In this document: piece after piece, positions 25,621 through 38,442 of the stretch
Numbering within the stretch: position 1 is the stretch's first letter
Layout of the letters: each line of letters starts with the position of its first letter
Source: Octopus sinensis
Lineage: Eukaryota
Length of the DNA: 49,732 nt
Assembly (NCBI RefSeq): GCF_006345805.1
Contig: NW_021833852.1
Location: 1 to 49,732 of the forward strand
Reading direction: 5' to 3'
The notes under the pieces: model-generated
Database searches by the model: none
What the model was told of the DNA's origin: nothing
What the model saw: only the letters and a program-made list of their open reading frames with translations
Made by a program: the position numbers and the translations under genes

Positions 25621-26349
25621 TCTTATTTGGCATAGAAGTCAAATAAGTGATGTTCTGGATTACCAGTCTTTAATAAATAAATCAATGTAAATTTTTACTG
25701 GAACTAAGAATATGCATTTAGAACAATTTGATATCACGTTCTTGATGATTCGACTCTTGACTCCAAAGTAATAACTACTGCATAGATGCTGAATCTTATT
25801 GATTCCTTAACAAGCCTCTTCATGAAGTAAAGATACAATAATCTCATGCCTGGCTCATTTTCCTGAGAAATGACGTCGTCTTTTTCATTTACACTGTTCA
25901 GGTATAGTTTTTTGTTCTTATTTTTTTACAAACCTTTTGCCAAACAGACTTACCTTTGGCGGAAGAGTTCAGCTCTCTATAACTTTTTTGCTGACCTGAC
26001 TTTTTTGTCCATTTCTTGTCGTTTTTCCGCTTACAGGAAAATTCTTAATTATCAGTATCTCCACTAAATAATATTAAATCACAACAAACATTTTTTTAAT
26101 TTTTGGTAATATTTTTGAATGGAAATCTCATTATTTCGTCCACCAATGACGATTTTTCTCGGCTTGAAAATCCGCCGACATTAAACAAATTTAAAAAAGG
26201 TAAAAATAATTAAAAAATGGAAGCAAGTCTAAGTTTCATGTTCTGTGGATTCTTTTCGCCATTTATAGACTCCGTGAATTTATCCAACGAGGATTCTAAA
26301 GCACATTCATTCACGAACAATATTCATGTTTTGTCTCAGTGCCAGCAGG

Positions 26350-26826
26350 ATTCTAAAGCACTCTTCACTGAATTATGTTTTGACGTTCGCTTAGCGCCAC
26401 TGGATTTCCTTCAGTACTGGAACCAGTTGGGCTAGACCGTGGAATCGGAAAGCGTCCTGACAGGTCTACTTTATTCCAGTTCAAAATGGGACTTGCCCTC
26501 CTATGGGATGTAACCTATGTCGGCTCGTTTTCGTCATTAGTGGTCATAGACTATGTTTTCGCCCTAGATTTGCCTCTGCTATGACTAAAACCAAAAGAAA
26601 TCGCAAAGTATGCTCCCTTGGTCAAAACTTGTTGCTTCGTTCCCCGGGCTTTGAAAACAGTAAGGTGATTGGCCAAAAAGCTCTTAAATTCTTCTCAGAG
26701 ATTGGTTTAATCAAATCGAAGAGGAGTTACAACAGTCGTGAAACGATGTAGATTTTCAACAAGAATCGGTCGAGATATTACGTGGAAATTGCCTGTCCAT
26801 CCGCTCAGCGACTAATATAAATTAAA
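26350..26826 (+). mobile_element. CRE-clade retrotransposon 3' (RLE) fragment
   Basis: HSSLNYVL...SLSATGFPSVLEPVGLDRGIGKRPDRSTLF...LLWDVTYV and FQQESVEILRGNCLSIRSATNIN*. Confidence 0.85.
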
Positions 26827-27033
26827 TTTTTCTTTTTTTTGGTCAATATTTTGTTTTGTCTTATTTGCTACTTGAGGACTTAGAATGCCCCACAAAAGGG
26901 ATTGGATTTGCCAAAAATCAAATTTTTTCTTAAAAATGATAGTTTAATGTTTTAAAATCATTCTTTCTCTCAATACCATTATTTTTTTAATATTTAAATT
27001 TTTTTTTTTTTTTTTGTATTTTAACGTAAAATA

Positions 27034-28425
27034 CAGTGAATCCTCGCGATTTGGCTATTTTTAGGACATGAAAATTTTATGGCCAATTTGAAATAATCAA
27101 TACTTTAGAAATTAAAACAGACACGTTTAAATTTAATTAAAATAAAATTTAATCCTTAATTTCTTTTTTACTTTCCCGTTTTAGGTTTGCTTTTTTTTAT
27201 TGCAGTAATGAGCAAAACATCATTTTCATTTTTTTCTGCATTATAGGCAAGTTCCCTTTCTATTCCGGTTAATCTAAATTCTATGTTTTTTCCATCAAGT
27301 TGATATGTGATTTTTGTATCATAGTGTTCAATTATCACTATCATATTGTTCAATTATTAAATTTTTAGGGATACAATGTGGAGGACAGTGGTCTATTAGA
27401 AATAAAATTTTCTTTCTAATTTTAAGCTACAGGTCAAAACTAATAATCCAATCAAAAAAAGGATGCAGTCATCCAAGCTTTCTATAATATGAGACTAGAA
27501 ATCCGTAGTTAACATTTCTAAAGCATCTAAGCATTTTCGGTTTTCCAATCATAACTGGTTTTTATTTATGATTTCCGGACATATTTGAACAGAGCATAAT
27601 AGACACACGGTCTATATAATTTTTGTGTCCTTAGAATCTGTTTTTGCATATGCTTTTCGTTGAATAAGTTTGCAGTATAATGCAGTTTCATCAAGATTAT
27701 AGATTTGATCAGGCTTATACAATTTAGCAATTTTTTAAAATTCTTGACGAAATGAATTAATGTCAACTACTTTATCAGTTAGAATTTCTTGATGTAATTT
27801 TGGCATTCTAAAAGCATGCCTCTTTTTAAATTTTTCCAGTAGAATTTTTAAAATTATAAAGTTGTAACTTTTCGCAAAATGCGCAGTCTTACACGATATT
27901 AAGGAATCATTCAACTAAGCTCACAGCAAAAGAGTGAACTCACTGGAATTATGGTGCTAGCGCAAATTTTTGAACATAAATTGGTACGACAAAGTGTCAA
28001 ATGTCGTTGTTCTCGAAAGGATTAAACCTACACTGTCGCTTGTGGCGAAAGTTTGGAAGCAACAATTATCATATTTGGGGCACGTGCTTCGGGAGTATGG
28101 TATAGGAAAAGAAATCCTGCTGTCTTCGTTCGCTGGAAAAAGGAGCGCGGGTAGACCGAAACTAAACTGGACATCTGAAGTAGTGAAACTTACCGGACAT
28201 CATTTGTCGGAAATAGCAGAGCTGGTGGGGGATAGAGTTTCGTGGAGGACCTGTCTTACAGAATCGTCAATGGCCGGAATCGGCTGAATATGGCTTAAAT
28301 TAACTTAACTTAACTCAACTAATTAAAAAAATTCACAAAATTTGAAAATTGGCCAATTTATTAAGAAAATTAATTTTTTTTCTTAGTAAATCGTTAAAAA
28401 ATTGGCCAATTTGCGAGGGTTCACG
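27034..28425 (-). mobile_element. pogo/Tigger-type element, decayed, with nested RTE fragment
   Basis: Imperfect TIRs CAGTGAATCCTCGCGATTTGGC (27034) and reverse complement C-GTGAACCCTCGCAAATTGGCC (ending 28425), TA flanks. CENP-B-like remnant on the minus strand around 27570-27700. Confidence 0.7.
27918..28314 (+). mobile_element. Short 5'-truncated copy of the same RTE family as 19345-21313
   Basis: About 10 differences over ~400 bp versus the 3' end of the larger copy by manual comparison. (TTAAC)n tail; 7-bp TSD tcaacta (27911-27917; 28315-28321). Confidence 0.95.
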
Positions 28426-28639
28426 TATATTAATTATCTGACACAAAACGATTTTTCATTTTAATAACACAAATTAAAATGCAATATGCCTTGTTGAAAA
28501 TAAATGAGTTTAACTCCATTTTTAACGCTGATTGCTCAAGATTATTGTATAAAATGTTTAAAGATTTTTAACTGTTTATTTTTTTATTCATAATTACAAG
28601 ATTATTCACTACTTTATATGAAAAATATCCCGAAATTAA

Positions 28640-29050
28640 CCATCTGAAGTTGATATTTTCCCATCTCGAAAGAACTTTATGTTTTGCTACTCGGGAATAT
28701 AACCCAAATGAATTTAGTATTGGACTAAATGTTTGAAAGACACGACAACATTAAATTTAGATTCGGTTATTTGAGCAAGATACACAGCGTAAATTGATGG
28801 TTCGTTCCTCCAGATTAATTTTAATATTTTTTTTTGATTTGAAGACGGTTTTGCTAAAAAATCCCTATTTAATTTTCGCATTTTGGTGCCGTTTTTGAAC
28901 AATTTTTTTTGAAAATCTCACAGTCGATTTGGGAATTTCTAGCATTTTAGTTTTTCGAAAGAATATTAGCCAATGTTTACCCCCGACCAAAACTTTGTAC
29001 TCACAAACTGAATTTGCTACTTTTTGAGATTTCTTTCTTCGCACCGGCAT
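28640..29050 (-). mobile_element. Decayed Tc1 transposase N-terminal fragment
   Basis: MPVRRKK...MLEIPKSTVR (HTH) and GLYSRVAKHKVLS resemble the Tc1 LxIPxSTV and GxxSRVARKKPLLS motifs. Confidence 0.5.
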
Positions 29051-29574
29051 TTGGCAAAAATTATAAGTCGTATTCCAAAATCAGTTAGGATTATTGTCAA
29101 TTGAATTCACTCACTATCTTATTCAATTGAATCCGTCCTATCTTCTGACTCAAAAGCTTATTTGTACAATCTTTGCTTTGCCTCTGAAGTCTTTCCCTAT
29201 CTGTTAAACCCCTCCTTCCTCGAGCTCTTTCTTTATTAAATCCTCGAGCAAACTATAAATTAAACCACAAAATCCAGAGTCCTTGGACGCTCCTTAGAGA
29301 ATTATCCGTAATAAACTCTCTCAGTCGGCAGACATTCCCAATTTCAACAAATCTTTTTCTGCTAAAAGAGGAACATCAAAGACTTCTTAGTTATAAAAAT
29401 TAAAAATCAAAGTATTTTGATTCCCCAATATACCCAGCTGAATCAAAAAAACCCTTACTGAAAAAAAGTCGTGCTTGATTGTATACACAATAAGATTGAA
29501 ATCGCGTCTCTGAAGGCTCATTTGATCTTCTTGCTTATCAAAAACGATCTTTTTATTTCTAAATTTGCTTTTCA

Positions 29575-29810
29575 GTTGCGATCGATGTTTGAAAGTTTTC
29601 GATTTTAAGGGACTTAAGCATTTTTCTTGCAAACTGGGTGCAGATAGATTTAGCAGGCACTTAACGTTAAACGACATTGTTAAAAAAGCTCTGAACTCAG
29701 AAATTTTTTTTCTATTTGAGAGCACATGGGGCTTGATTGCAAAGACTTGAAACGTCCTGGCGGATTGACACGTTTTTCGGAATGCCAAATATCTCGTTTG
29801 GGATGTACCA
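29575..29810 (+). mobile_element. Decayed CRE-clade RLE fragment
   Basis: CDRCLKVFDFKGLKHFSCKLGADRFSRHLTLNDIVKKAL...LDCKDLKRPGGLT...LVWDV matches CCHC + RH + KRPDG + WD. Degenerate flanks may run from about 29100 to 30140. Confidence 0.65.
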
Positions 29811-30368
29811 TTTGTGAATTCCTTTTGAAAATTAATCTAATTAACTTTTTTCACCTTCGAATATTTACTAAAGATCAATCATTTAAGACAAAAGCGTTTT
29901 TGAATTTATCGCCTTGAATTAATATATTGTTATTTGGGTAGATATTAAAAAAATTCACTGCGTCTTGGGAAAAGGAACAGCATAGCATGTTTCCGCCCAA
30001 CAATCTGCACCAAAATATTGTCTATTTAATAGACTCTATTATATCAAATGTGTTCACAACTGCACATTCGGAGAAGCCAGTCTTAAAACCTCTGAGAAAA
30101 CTTTATTCTCTTCTATAATCGGAGGAGCAACCAAGTCTTGTATCAGCTTTGGAAAACGTTCTTGAAAATTACCGTGAATTTTCCTGGCATTAAATTTCCG
30201 ATCAATTTATCTAAGGCTTAGTTTCGGATTACTTTTTTGTGTTCTGAGTGAAAAAAATTATCTAAACCTCTATAAATAACTTTATCAAACATCGCCGGAT
30301 TCGACTATTACGTCCATGAACTATTTTACCTATGTAAATAACATACAAAAATTTTATTAATTAGAAAA

Positions 30369-31389
30369 TCATAAAAAACGACTTTGTTTATCACATTTTT
30401 TAAGTTGACAAGCCTCCTTATATGGTGGATTAATAGGAGGCTGAATAGGTTCGCGGTATACATACTCCTCCTCTCCAAACTGACATTAATTAAAGTATAT
30501 ATACTACTTCTAACATATACGTTTTATCTGAATCCAATGAATTGAGATCCCCACAAAAAAGAAATTCTGGACGGAAAGAATTTTGATGTTTAAACAATAA
30601 AAATGAATTTTCTGGTGCCTTTTCCGCGCCATAAAATCCTCTGCAAACTACAAACGCTTCTGCACTCGAATTTCGACTGCTGGCAGGCTTAGCAACAGAA
30701 AGGTCCTCAAAAAACAATCTCAATTGGGAAAATAGTAGATCAGAATTTTTAGCTCGAAAAATCTAAGAAAAATTTGAATTTCTCACCTTAGACATAAAAG
30801 ACCCTCCTTTCTTCAATAATTTAACGGATATTTTAAGTGCCTTGTAAAAATATTAATAAACTTACTGAAAGGACGAGTTGAGCTTGCATGTACTCGTCCA
30901 TGTCATGCAGTCCCGTGACTAAATAAAATAATAAACGGACAACCATCGGGGGCTCCATCACATACAACAAGGTCGGCCAAATTTCCATCCAAATTCTGAA
31001 TAATCAAATCGACTGTTTTGCTCTAACAGTATTAAAATAAATATAAACATCTGTAATGTCACATTGCAGTGTAATAGCGTCTTGCAGTGGCTGTATCTCC
31101 TGAACGTCCACTGACACTACTTTGAACTGATTGGAGTCATTGTGTATGTCTCTGAGATAGTTAAATTATTGTACCGCAGTCGTTTTGTTATTACTTGGGT
31201 CCAGCTTCCTGGTGCGGCACAGAGATCCACGACGTACTTGCAATCTGATTTGTTATGAGTAAGATTACTGTTAAGAAGATTGAATTGATCATCTACTTGT
31301 ATGAGCTTAAAGGCACTTCTCGCTCTCCATGCTTGTTCTTTGGCAAATCTATAATATATGTCTCGTCTATCTTTAGAAGATTTTCCCAT
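30369..31389 (-). CDS. FTSJ1: tRNA (cytidine32/guanosine34-2'-O)-methyltransferase (Trm7/FTSJ1)
   Basis: [98 protein letters not shown]. Seven GT-AG introns of 23-28 nt; frame intact. Confidence 0.95.
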
Positions 31390-31601
31390 TACAACACGAG
31401 TCTTAACAAGGATTAAAATTATTTAAATATTTTATTTTTTATAATTTAAGGTTTTTTACTAAGATTTCTTTGCTTTTTTAAATGAAAAATGCTATGGATC
31501 TCTCCAAAAGTTTGAATGTGTGTTAGTCACCTGAACGTGTTAGTTAATGGTTAAGACGGTGATTTTGTTTGACTTAAAAAAAAATTTACAATACCTTAAA
31601 C

Positions 31602-31925
31602 CAGGGTTTCTTAAACGGGGGTACATGTCCCTAGGGGGTACGCGGAACATTTTTTAATTTGTTATTATTCAGATGATTTTAATAATTTAATCGATTTTGA
31701 TAGCATGGTTCATTTGTTTTTCGTTATGGTTAATAAAACGCGTAAATGGGATGACTCATATATGCAATATGGATTCACCAAATCTTTTGGAACAGACAAT
31801 GTGGATAAGGCGCAGTGTATGTTGTGCGATGCTTTACTTGGAAACAATTCATTAAAACCTGTCAATTTATTAAGACACAAACGTTCGGCTCACTCTGATA
31901 ATACAGATAGTCTTGAACGCTGCCT
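31602..31925 (+). mobile_element. hAT (Buster/ZBED5-8-like) 5' end with BED finger, truncated
   Basis: Terminal CAGGGTTTCTTAAACGGGGGTAC at 31602; RKWDDSYMQYGFT...QCMLCDALLGNNSLKPVNLLRH. Confidence 0.75.
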
Positions 31926-31959
31926 TAAACTAATTGTTACTTTTCGTATCCCGTAAGCC

Positions 31960-32200
31960 GACCGCGTAGCAAATCTGAGGAAAAGGAGTGTTCCATCAGA
32001 TTTCATCTGGGTTCGGAAACATAAATCTGTACACCTAGCCCTCACATATGGTTACTAGACTGGTTCGATTCGGAGAAGAGTGACTACCTTATTGAACAGT
32101 TAGAAAAGACGATACGTTCCGCATTAAAACTGGCTTACGGAGTAAAACTTGACGGAAGGCTAGAAAGAATTCTCTGTTCCTACGATCGGGATGGTCTTGG
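31960..32200 (+). mobile_element. Possible relic of an RLE-type (R2/NeSL-like) RT thumb
   Basis: IEQLEKTIRSALKLAYG...DRDGLG resembles LxxLDxxIRxxVK...GGLG. Confidence 0.3.
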
Positions 32201-32469
32201 AGAAGAGCTGTGTTATGTAATTATAATTGGGGTTAGCATAGAAAGAGATACTTCGGTGCCTTATTGTTTATTCTTTTTTCTTGTTCTTTGGGTTTTTTTT
32301 TCTTGAACAATAAAAATAATTCAATTCAAATTCAATTAAATGAAAAAAAGTAAACAGTTTCAAAAGTTGTAGCTTACAATCGATTGTTTTTCTATATATT
32401 TTATTATTATGGTATTTCAAAAAAAGTATCAATCAGTAATCAAAAGACATTTATTCAAAGTAAAAACAA

Positions 32470-33587
32470 TTATATATCCAAATCATATCCACCATTCAAT
32501 TCAAAATGTAAATACACCTTTTCCTTAATACGTTTGCATCCACTTTTTGAGAAAAATGGCATATTCGGAGGATAAAAACTCATATGATTTATAACCGACC
32601 CAACAATCTCCTCAACTTTCTCAAAAGACATCACTAAACCACTTAGTTCAATTTCCCGTCTTGCACAATCCTCTAATTGGGAACGTTCAAGTGGCAAAAA
32701 TGGAACAAAGTGACTCACAACTGCCTTCTGGATCAACAAACTATGCTTATATCCGCCTAGAATATACAAAAACAAACAAATACTATTTTCGTTATAAATT
32801 GTGGACATTACAAAGTTCTCAATTTGAGAAAATTTGATTGAATTTCGACTATATCCTTGAATAAACAGTTCAACGGTCCGATTTATGATAAAGCCTGACC
32901 CAGAATTGCTTTTGAAAGTTTTTATTGTAAATTAAAACCTTAAAAGTAAATAAATTGCCTTTCCATAGTCGACATTATTAACAACTCCAGAATAATCCAT
33001 AAATCCCGTAACCGAATCTAACAATGTTGGCGGCATTCGTTCAATTTCGTCAAAATAAAAATTGAATAAGGACAAATAGTGAGATTCCCAGTAATCCAAG
33101 CAGCCAACTGAGATTTGTATTCCTCAATCAAATTTTGACTCGGAAAATGCAATGTTGATATAAAAGTATGTACAAATCTGCTTTTATTTTTTCCCATTAC
33201 ATATTTTGCAATGTTTTTGGCAACAAAATTTTTCCCTGTTCCTGTAGGTCCGTGGAATGATAAAACAAGAGGTTTTTGTGATGTTAAATCCAATAAATGA
33301 TTGTGGAGTGATCTTATTACGATGGAATGTACAAATGGCTGGCCAAACAAATTGGAAGACATAAACTCGTTAAGTCCAGTTATATTGGCCTTGGTCCATC
33401 CATTATGACAGTTTTCCATGCCTATTAGCCAACGGCTATACTCAATGGCTTGGGTTATCTCATTAGCTGAGAATAACTGAAAATCGGAAATCTTTATAAT
33501 TATAGCCAAAACTATATTTATTTAAAAAAACAAAATACATGTAAAGAAAAACAAGGACACACATCTGAGAGAACATTGAATGGCCAT
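32470..33587 (-). CDS. Torsin-family AAA+ ATPase
   Basis: LFGQP, Walker A HGPTGTGKNF, Walker B IFIFDE (needs +1 T at 33052-33055), YLLLSN, FVPFLPLER, FSKSGCKRI. Signal-like N-terminus; introns of 26, 30 and 27 nt. Confidence 0.92.
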
Positions 33588-34149
33588 TTAAATTATATTT
33601 TTTAATTTATTAAATACATTAATAACATATAGTTATAAACATATTATTATCTATTTATGTCACGAGCGAACGTAAAACCATGTGGCTGATATTAATGACA
33701 ATGATTGTTAAAAAATAAAATGTCACGGGTTGGATAATGCCCCGGGTTGGATAATACCTGCGATTTTGAAAATTCAGAGATTTGTTCAAATTTAGAATCA
33801 ATTGATAATTCCGGTATTTTAACTTGGAATTTATATCTAGGCAATTCTAATTGTAAAGTTCAAAAAATCAAATTTAATATAAACCGATTGATGGAAACTC
33901 AGCCTACTATAAGACAATGAATAGGACCAAACAAAATTAACGAAACCAAAAGAGATAGTTAAATGGTTAAATGGGTTTAGTTAAATGGGAAAAGTAACCC
34001 CATGTCATCACCTTAAAAAAAGGCCTACATTTTAAGTGCATTCATTTTTTTTTATTTTTTATATTTATTTCTTTTAACCAGAAAAAATCAAAATGAAACT
34101 AAAGTTAGTTAGAGGACTTCCCCGCTTCGTAGATGGAGAAACATTGTTA

Positions 34150-35417
34150 CAGTATAACCTCCATTTGGGGCAGACCTCTGGCTTGGGGAACCTCTATTTT
34201 TGGGGAAACCTCTATTTTTGGGGTAGTTTGAAAAGGATATAATTTTTATGCGGTAATTTCCAAATTTAGAAATTACCGGAACCTCTAAGTGGGGCACAGG
34301 ATTTTTAATTTATATACATATTTGCTATTAAAATTAAAATTAATTATATAAAATTTCATTTGGAAGCCTCGTGTAATTTTTGTATTCTTGTTGTTATGGC
34401 TCGTAAGCTTAGTCTTGAGTTAAAGATCAAAATTGCCAAGGAATTAAGTGAAAATAAACATCTTACTGAACGAGATATTGTTTCATATTCATCATCTAAA
34501 AACAGTTGGATGACATCAGAAATATTTATTACATGGCTCACCATTACAAATGAACAAATGATTACGCAAAAGAGAAAAATTGTTTTGTTACTTGATAACG
34601 CAAGCTGTCACAAATATATCCATCTTTCCAACATTGAATTGTTTTTTCTCCCAAAAAATACAACCTCATTAATTCAACCGTTAGACATGGGTATTATTAA
34701 ATCTTTCAAGTCCAATTATCTTAACGCTTTATTGGATTTTACTCTTTATTTTGAGGACGTTGAGTTACAAATTGTTAATTTAAAAAAAATAAATCTTCGT
34801 CATGTCATAATAATTGTTGGAAAAACATGGCAAAATTTAAATCCTGAAACAATAACGAATTGTTGGGAAACAATTAATAACTGTCGGCAACAGATTCCTA
34901 GTTCAAATTTTTTAGTTAACAGTGAGAAAGAAAATTTGGACACGATAATTGCAGACGTAATTGCTGAAAATGAAGAAGAAAATAATGATGAGTCAATATA
35001 TGACCAAACTGAATGCAACTGTTCACACTTGGACACGATAACAGCAATGAATAACCTTGAAGAGAATATTCACCGTTTGTTTCCCGATGCGTTAAAAGAC
35101 TATTACAATTTCAGAAAAATATTGGGCATACATATGAAGAAATCTGCAACAGGAAACAAAATAACAGATTATTTTCGTGTATAATAGAATAAAAATTTTT
35201 TTCTACTTGAAAAATACTCTAATTATCAATAAAATTAGTGGAAAACATGTTTAAATGTTCTTAAAAATACTTTATTTATTTATAAATTAATGAAAAATAT
35301 GCTAAAACTATTAAAATTTTTATAAAAATAAAGAAAATTTCAGACCTCCATTTTTGGGGAAACCTCTATTTTTGGGGCAATTTTTCAAAATTGATGCCCC
35401 AAATGGAGGTTATACTG
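34150..35417 (+). mobile_element. pogo/Tigger DNA transposon, complete ends, internal deletion
   Basis: Perfect 23-bp TIR CAGTATAACCTCCATTTGGGGCA at both ends, TA flanks (34148-34149; 35418-35419), and subterminal ACCTCTATTTTTGGGG repeats at both ends. Confidence 0.92.
34396..35184 (+). CDS. In-frame deletion derivative of a Tigger transposase (262 aa)
   Basis: MARKLSLELKIKIAKEL (psq-HTH start) is fused directly to KNSWMTSEIF...LLLDNASCH...LPKNTTSLIQPLDMGIIKSFK. The CENP-B HTH and first catalytic Asp are absent; the ORF has no stops. Confidence 0.8.
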   Translation: MARKLSLELKIKIAKELSENKHLTERDIVSYSSSKNSWMTSEIFITWLTITNEQMITQKRKIVLLLDNASCHKYIHLSNIELFFLPKNTTSLIQPLDMGIIKSFKSNYLNALLDFTLYFEDVELQIVNLKKINLRHVIIIVGKTWQNLNPETITNCWETINNCRQQIPSSNFLVNSEKENLDTIIADVIAENEEENNDESIYDQTECNCSHLDTITAMNNLEENIHRLFPDALKDYYNFRKILGIHMKKSATGNKITDYFRV

Positions 35418-36107
35418 TATAACAAAACTCCGGATAATTCTCCAATTTCGAAATATGAATGAATGAATTATTTATTAAAACGGAAAAGCCGAAAAAAAAG
35501 AGAGAAAGTTAATGAGACAACGTATGCCTCTTCTTCGTTGTTTCCCTTTTTTTTATTTTTAATTAGAAATTCAAGAGGAAAAGGCTTTCTCAAGAACACT
35601 TCCAACCGTTTCCGTAATATCAAAATGCCTTTTTTCAATTTTGAGAATTTCTAAATATAGGCTAAGAATATTGGAAAAAATTGAAGTAGCCGCAAAAAAG
35701 GTTTTAACACCACAAAAATTGATGAGATTTGTTAACCGGGTTAACTTGATTGATATTTTGCTGATATAGCTTTCCCTCAATAAAAATAAAATTTGCAGCT
35801 TTCTCTTTTAGTCAGAACTTTCTAACTTTCAAACTATCCCCGGTTTTGCCATTCAAAGATGGATTTCAGTAAATTGTACCATTGTTTTACATTAAAATAC
35901 TTTTCTTTGTCTATAATAGAAGTTATTCAATTTTTAGTTTGTTTTAGTAAGCTATGTTTGTTTAGAATCGGTAAAAGTCAAGAATAACTCTCGATGTCGA
36001 ATTTAAATAAATTAAGTTAATTTAATACAATATTTCAAATTAATTAACAATAGATCTTTTGCCGCTTATTTGCTTTTGTGGTGCTGCGATTTTTATTGTT
36101 AAATAAT

Positions 36108-37575
36108 ATGCCTCGTTCTAAAAGAAAAGGTATTTATATTAAAAATAATGCCTTTATAGTTGATAAGTCAGTTAATGAATTGGAAATAGGAGAGATCCTT
36201 ACCGACGCTTCTAATGTGAGCTGGTGTCTTGGCCCTCTTTTTGCAAAAGGCGGGTTTGGATTTATCCATACAGGTTAACCATAAAATATCACAAAGATAT
36301 AATTTATTTTTAAATAAATCAATAATTATATTAGCTCATATGAATGTCGGATTGCTTAATAATTCGTATTCTCAAGCGAAATATGCCATTAAATTGGAAG
36401 CCAACGAAAGTGGTCCTCTCTTCTGTGAAAAACAAGTTTATATTCGAGCATTAAACGAAAACAATTGTATAAAGTCGAATTTCATTTAAAAATAGTGAGT
36501 AAGTGGTGTATTGATCACAATTTATCCTTTATTGGTCTCCCGCGTTATGTCGGATTTGGACTCCATAATAATGGAGGAAGAAAATATCGGTTTCTTGTTA
36601 TGGACAGATTTGGAGATGACCTTCAATCAAGGATCATGTCCTGCAAGAATTATAAACTTACCGTCAATGAGGCATATCAGATTTCTATTGACATTGTTAA
36701 TTTTTAATTTATTACTGTAGGTTAACGCTTTGGAATACTTACACGAACATGAGTATGTCCATGCTGACATCAAAGCTTCCAATTTGCTGAGTTCTTTAGC
36801 AAAAAACTTCAGAGATAGGGTTTGTTGGCGTGGGTGAATTGATTTAGTATGTTTTGGCAGATTTTGGGTTGTCATATCGGTATACTGCCAATGGAGTTCA
36901 TAAAAAATATACTCCAAAGCCAAAAAAGTGTCATAATGGAACTATCGAGTTCACCAGCAGAGATTCACACGTGGGTGCTGATCCTTCGAGGAGAGGAGAC
37001 TTTGAAATACTTGTATTTTGTCTTATTCGCTGGTTGTGTGGTTTTCTTCCGTGGGATGCAGTCACATCAGACGCGAGTTCTGTCGCCAAATTAAAAGACG
37101 AGTATCACAGGAATATAATTATTATTTAGACATTTAAAAAACCCAAAAAAGTTTATAAAAACGTGTTTTTCTACTTCTAAACCACCACCTGGACTTTTGG
37201 GATTTGTTGAGCAGGTTGCTGCTCTTGAATATGACGAAAAACCAAATTATGAGGGTCTGAGGGGTTTGTTGGCCTCAAATGTAAAGACTGGCAAAAAACA
37301 GGCAAAGGTTGTAGTGATTTTGTGAATTTTTGTAGAAAGTGGAGCCGTTATATTCAACTTCGAAGCGAATTCGAATTGACAGTGACAGTGGGACGGATAA
37401 AAAACCAGACAGCCAATCTATGACAACTGCAGAGTATTTTGATCTCCATCCGTCTGCGGATATTCGTTAGATGTTGTTTTGGTTTAACTATTTAGAAAGA
37501 GGCACGAAAATTGTTTATCCTACGGGTAATAGAACTAGTGTCCAAATTCAAGTTAATATGGACTCAATTAAATAA
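36108..37575 (+). CDS. VRK1: Vaccinia-related kinase (VRK1-like, CK1 group)
   Basis: [13 protein letters not shown]...[75 protein letters not shown]. Multiple short GT-AG introns; stop TAA at 37573-37575. Confidence 0.93.
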
Positions 37576-37894
37576 TTTTTTGATTTTATTATTTGTTTGA
37601 TCTTTAATTCTACTTTAAAACTAATCAATTTATTAATTGTTAGTATTTTTTGCTATTTATTTGTAATCAAAATTTATTTTTTCTATTAGCATACTCTCCG
37701 ATATGTTCTAAGCACAATTGACAAAATAAAGGATTTCTTTAAGCGATCTTATTTAAATTTTGTAATATTTAGACACAATTGTGTAAGCACCGCATAAGTT
37801 ATATTAAATTAGGCTAAATGGGGAATTTGAGGAATTCTCAAATTGGCCACAAATTTTATAGCTCTAAACTTTGATTTGAATTTAAAATTAGAGA

Positions 37895-38400
37895 AAACAA
37901 ATTTTGCTTATTTTGGATAACTGTCCTTCCCATTACATACCAGAAAATTTGTCTAATATTGAAATCATGTTTATACCGCGAAATACTACAGGCTTGGTCC
38001 AGTCAATGGACCTGGGAGTTATAAAAAATTTCAAAACGCATTTCAATAAGCACAAACTTGCATATTTAACGGATTTGTCAGAACATCAAAAATATTCGTT
38101 TATAGTTCATGTAAAAAGCTCACATTAAAGAATGTTGTGATATTTGTTAAAATGGCATGGAAAGATGTATCGCAACATACCATTTCAAATTGTTTCGGAA
38201 TTCTAAATAATAGTATACCAATAGAAAGGACAGATATTTTTGATCCTTGGATATTGAAGAATTTCTTGCATATGAATATGCAGAAAATGATACAATAGAA
38301 GAGATGGACAATGGCGGAAACATTGAAGATAAAAATGATGAAAATATAAATCATGAGGAAAAAATTAATGGATGGTGACATTAAGAAAAGTATTGTATGT
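37895..38400 (+). mobile_element. pogo/Tigger DDE fragment
   Basis: LLILDNCPSH...FIPRNTTGLVQSMDLGVIKNFK, then AWKDVSQHTISNCF after a frameshift. Confidence 0.75.
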
Positions 38401-38442
38401 GTAGCAAGCAGTTTTAGTATATTTATTGTTTAGTTATAAAGT

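Noticed and set aside
26999-27015. T17 tract as the tail of a minus-strand retrocopy
   Set aside because: No TSD or recognisable body was found; such tracts are common in AT-rich DNA.
30405-30445. Hairpin AGCCTCCT...AGGAGGCT as terminator or ncRNA
   Set aside because: It lies in FTSJ1 coding sequence ([11 protein letters not shown]), which explains the symmetry.
35590-35830. Gypsy/Ginger integrase N-terminal relic on the minus strand (KAANFYFIEGKLY...RHFDITET)
   Set aside because: The resemblance is too short and degenerate to support as a feature.
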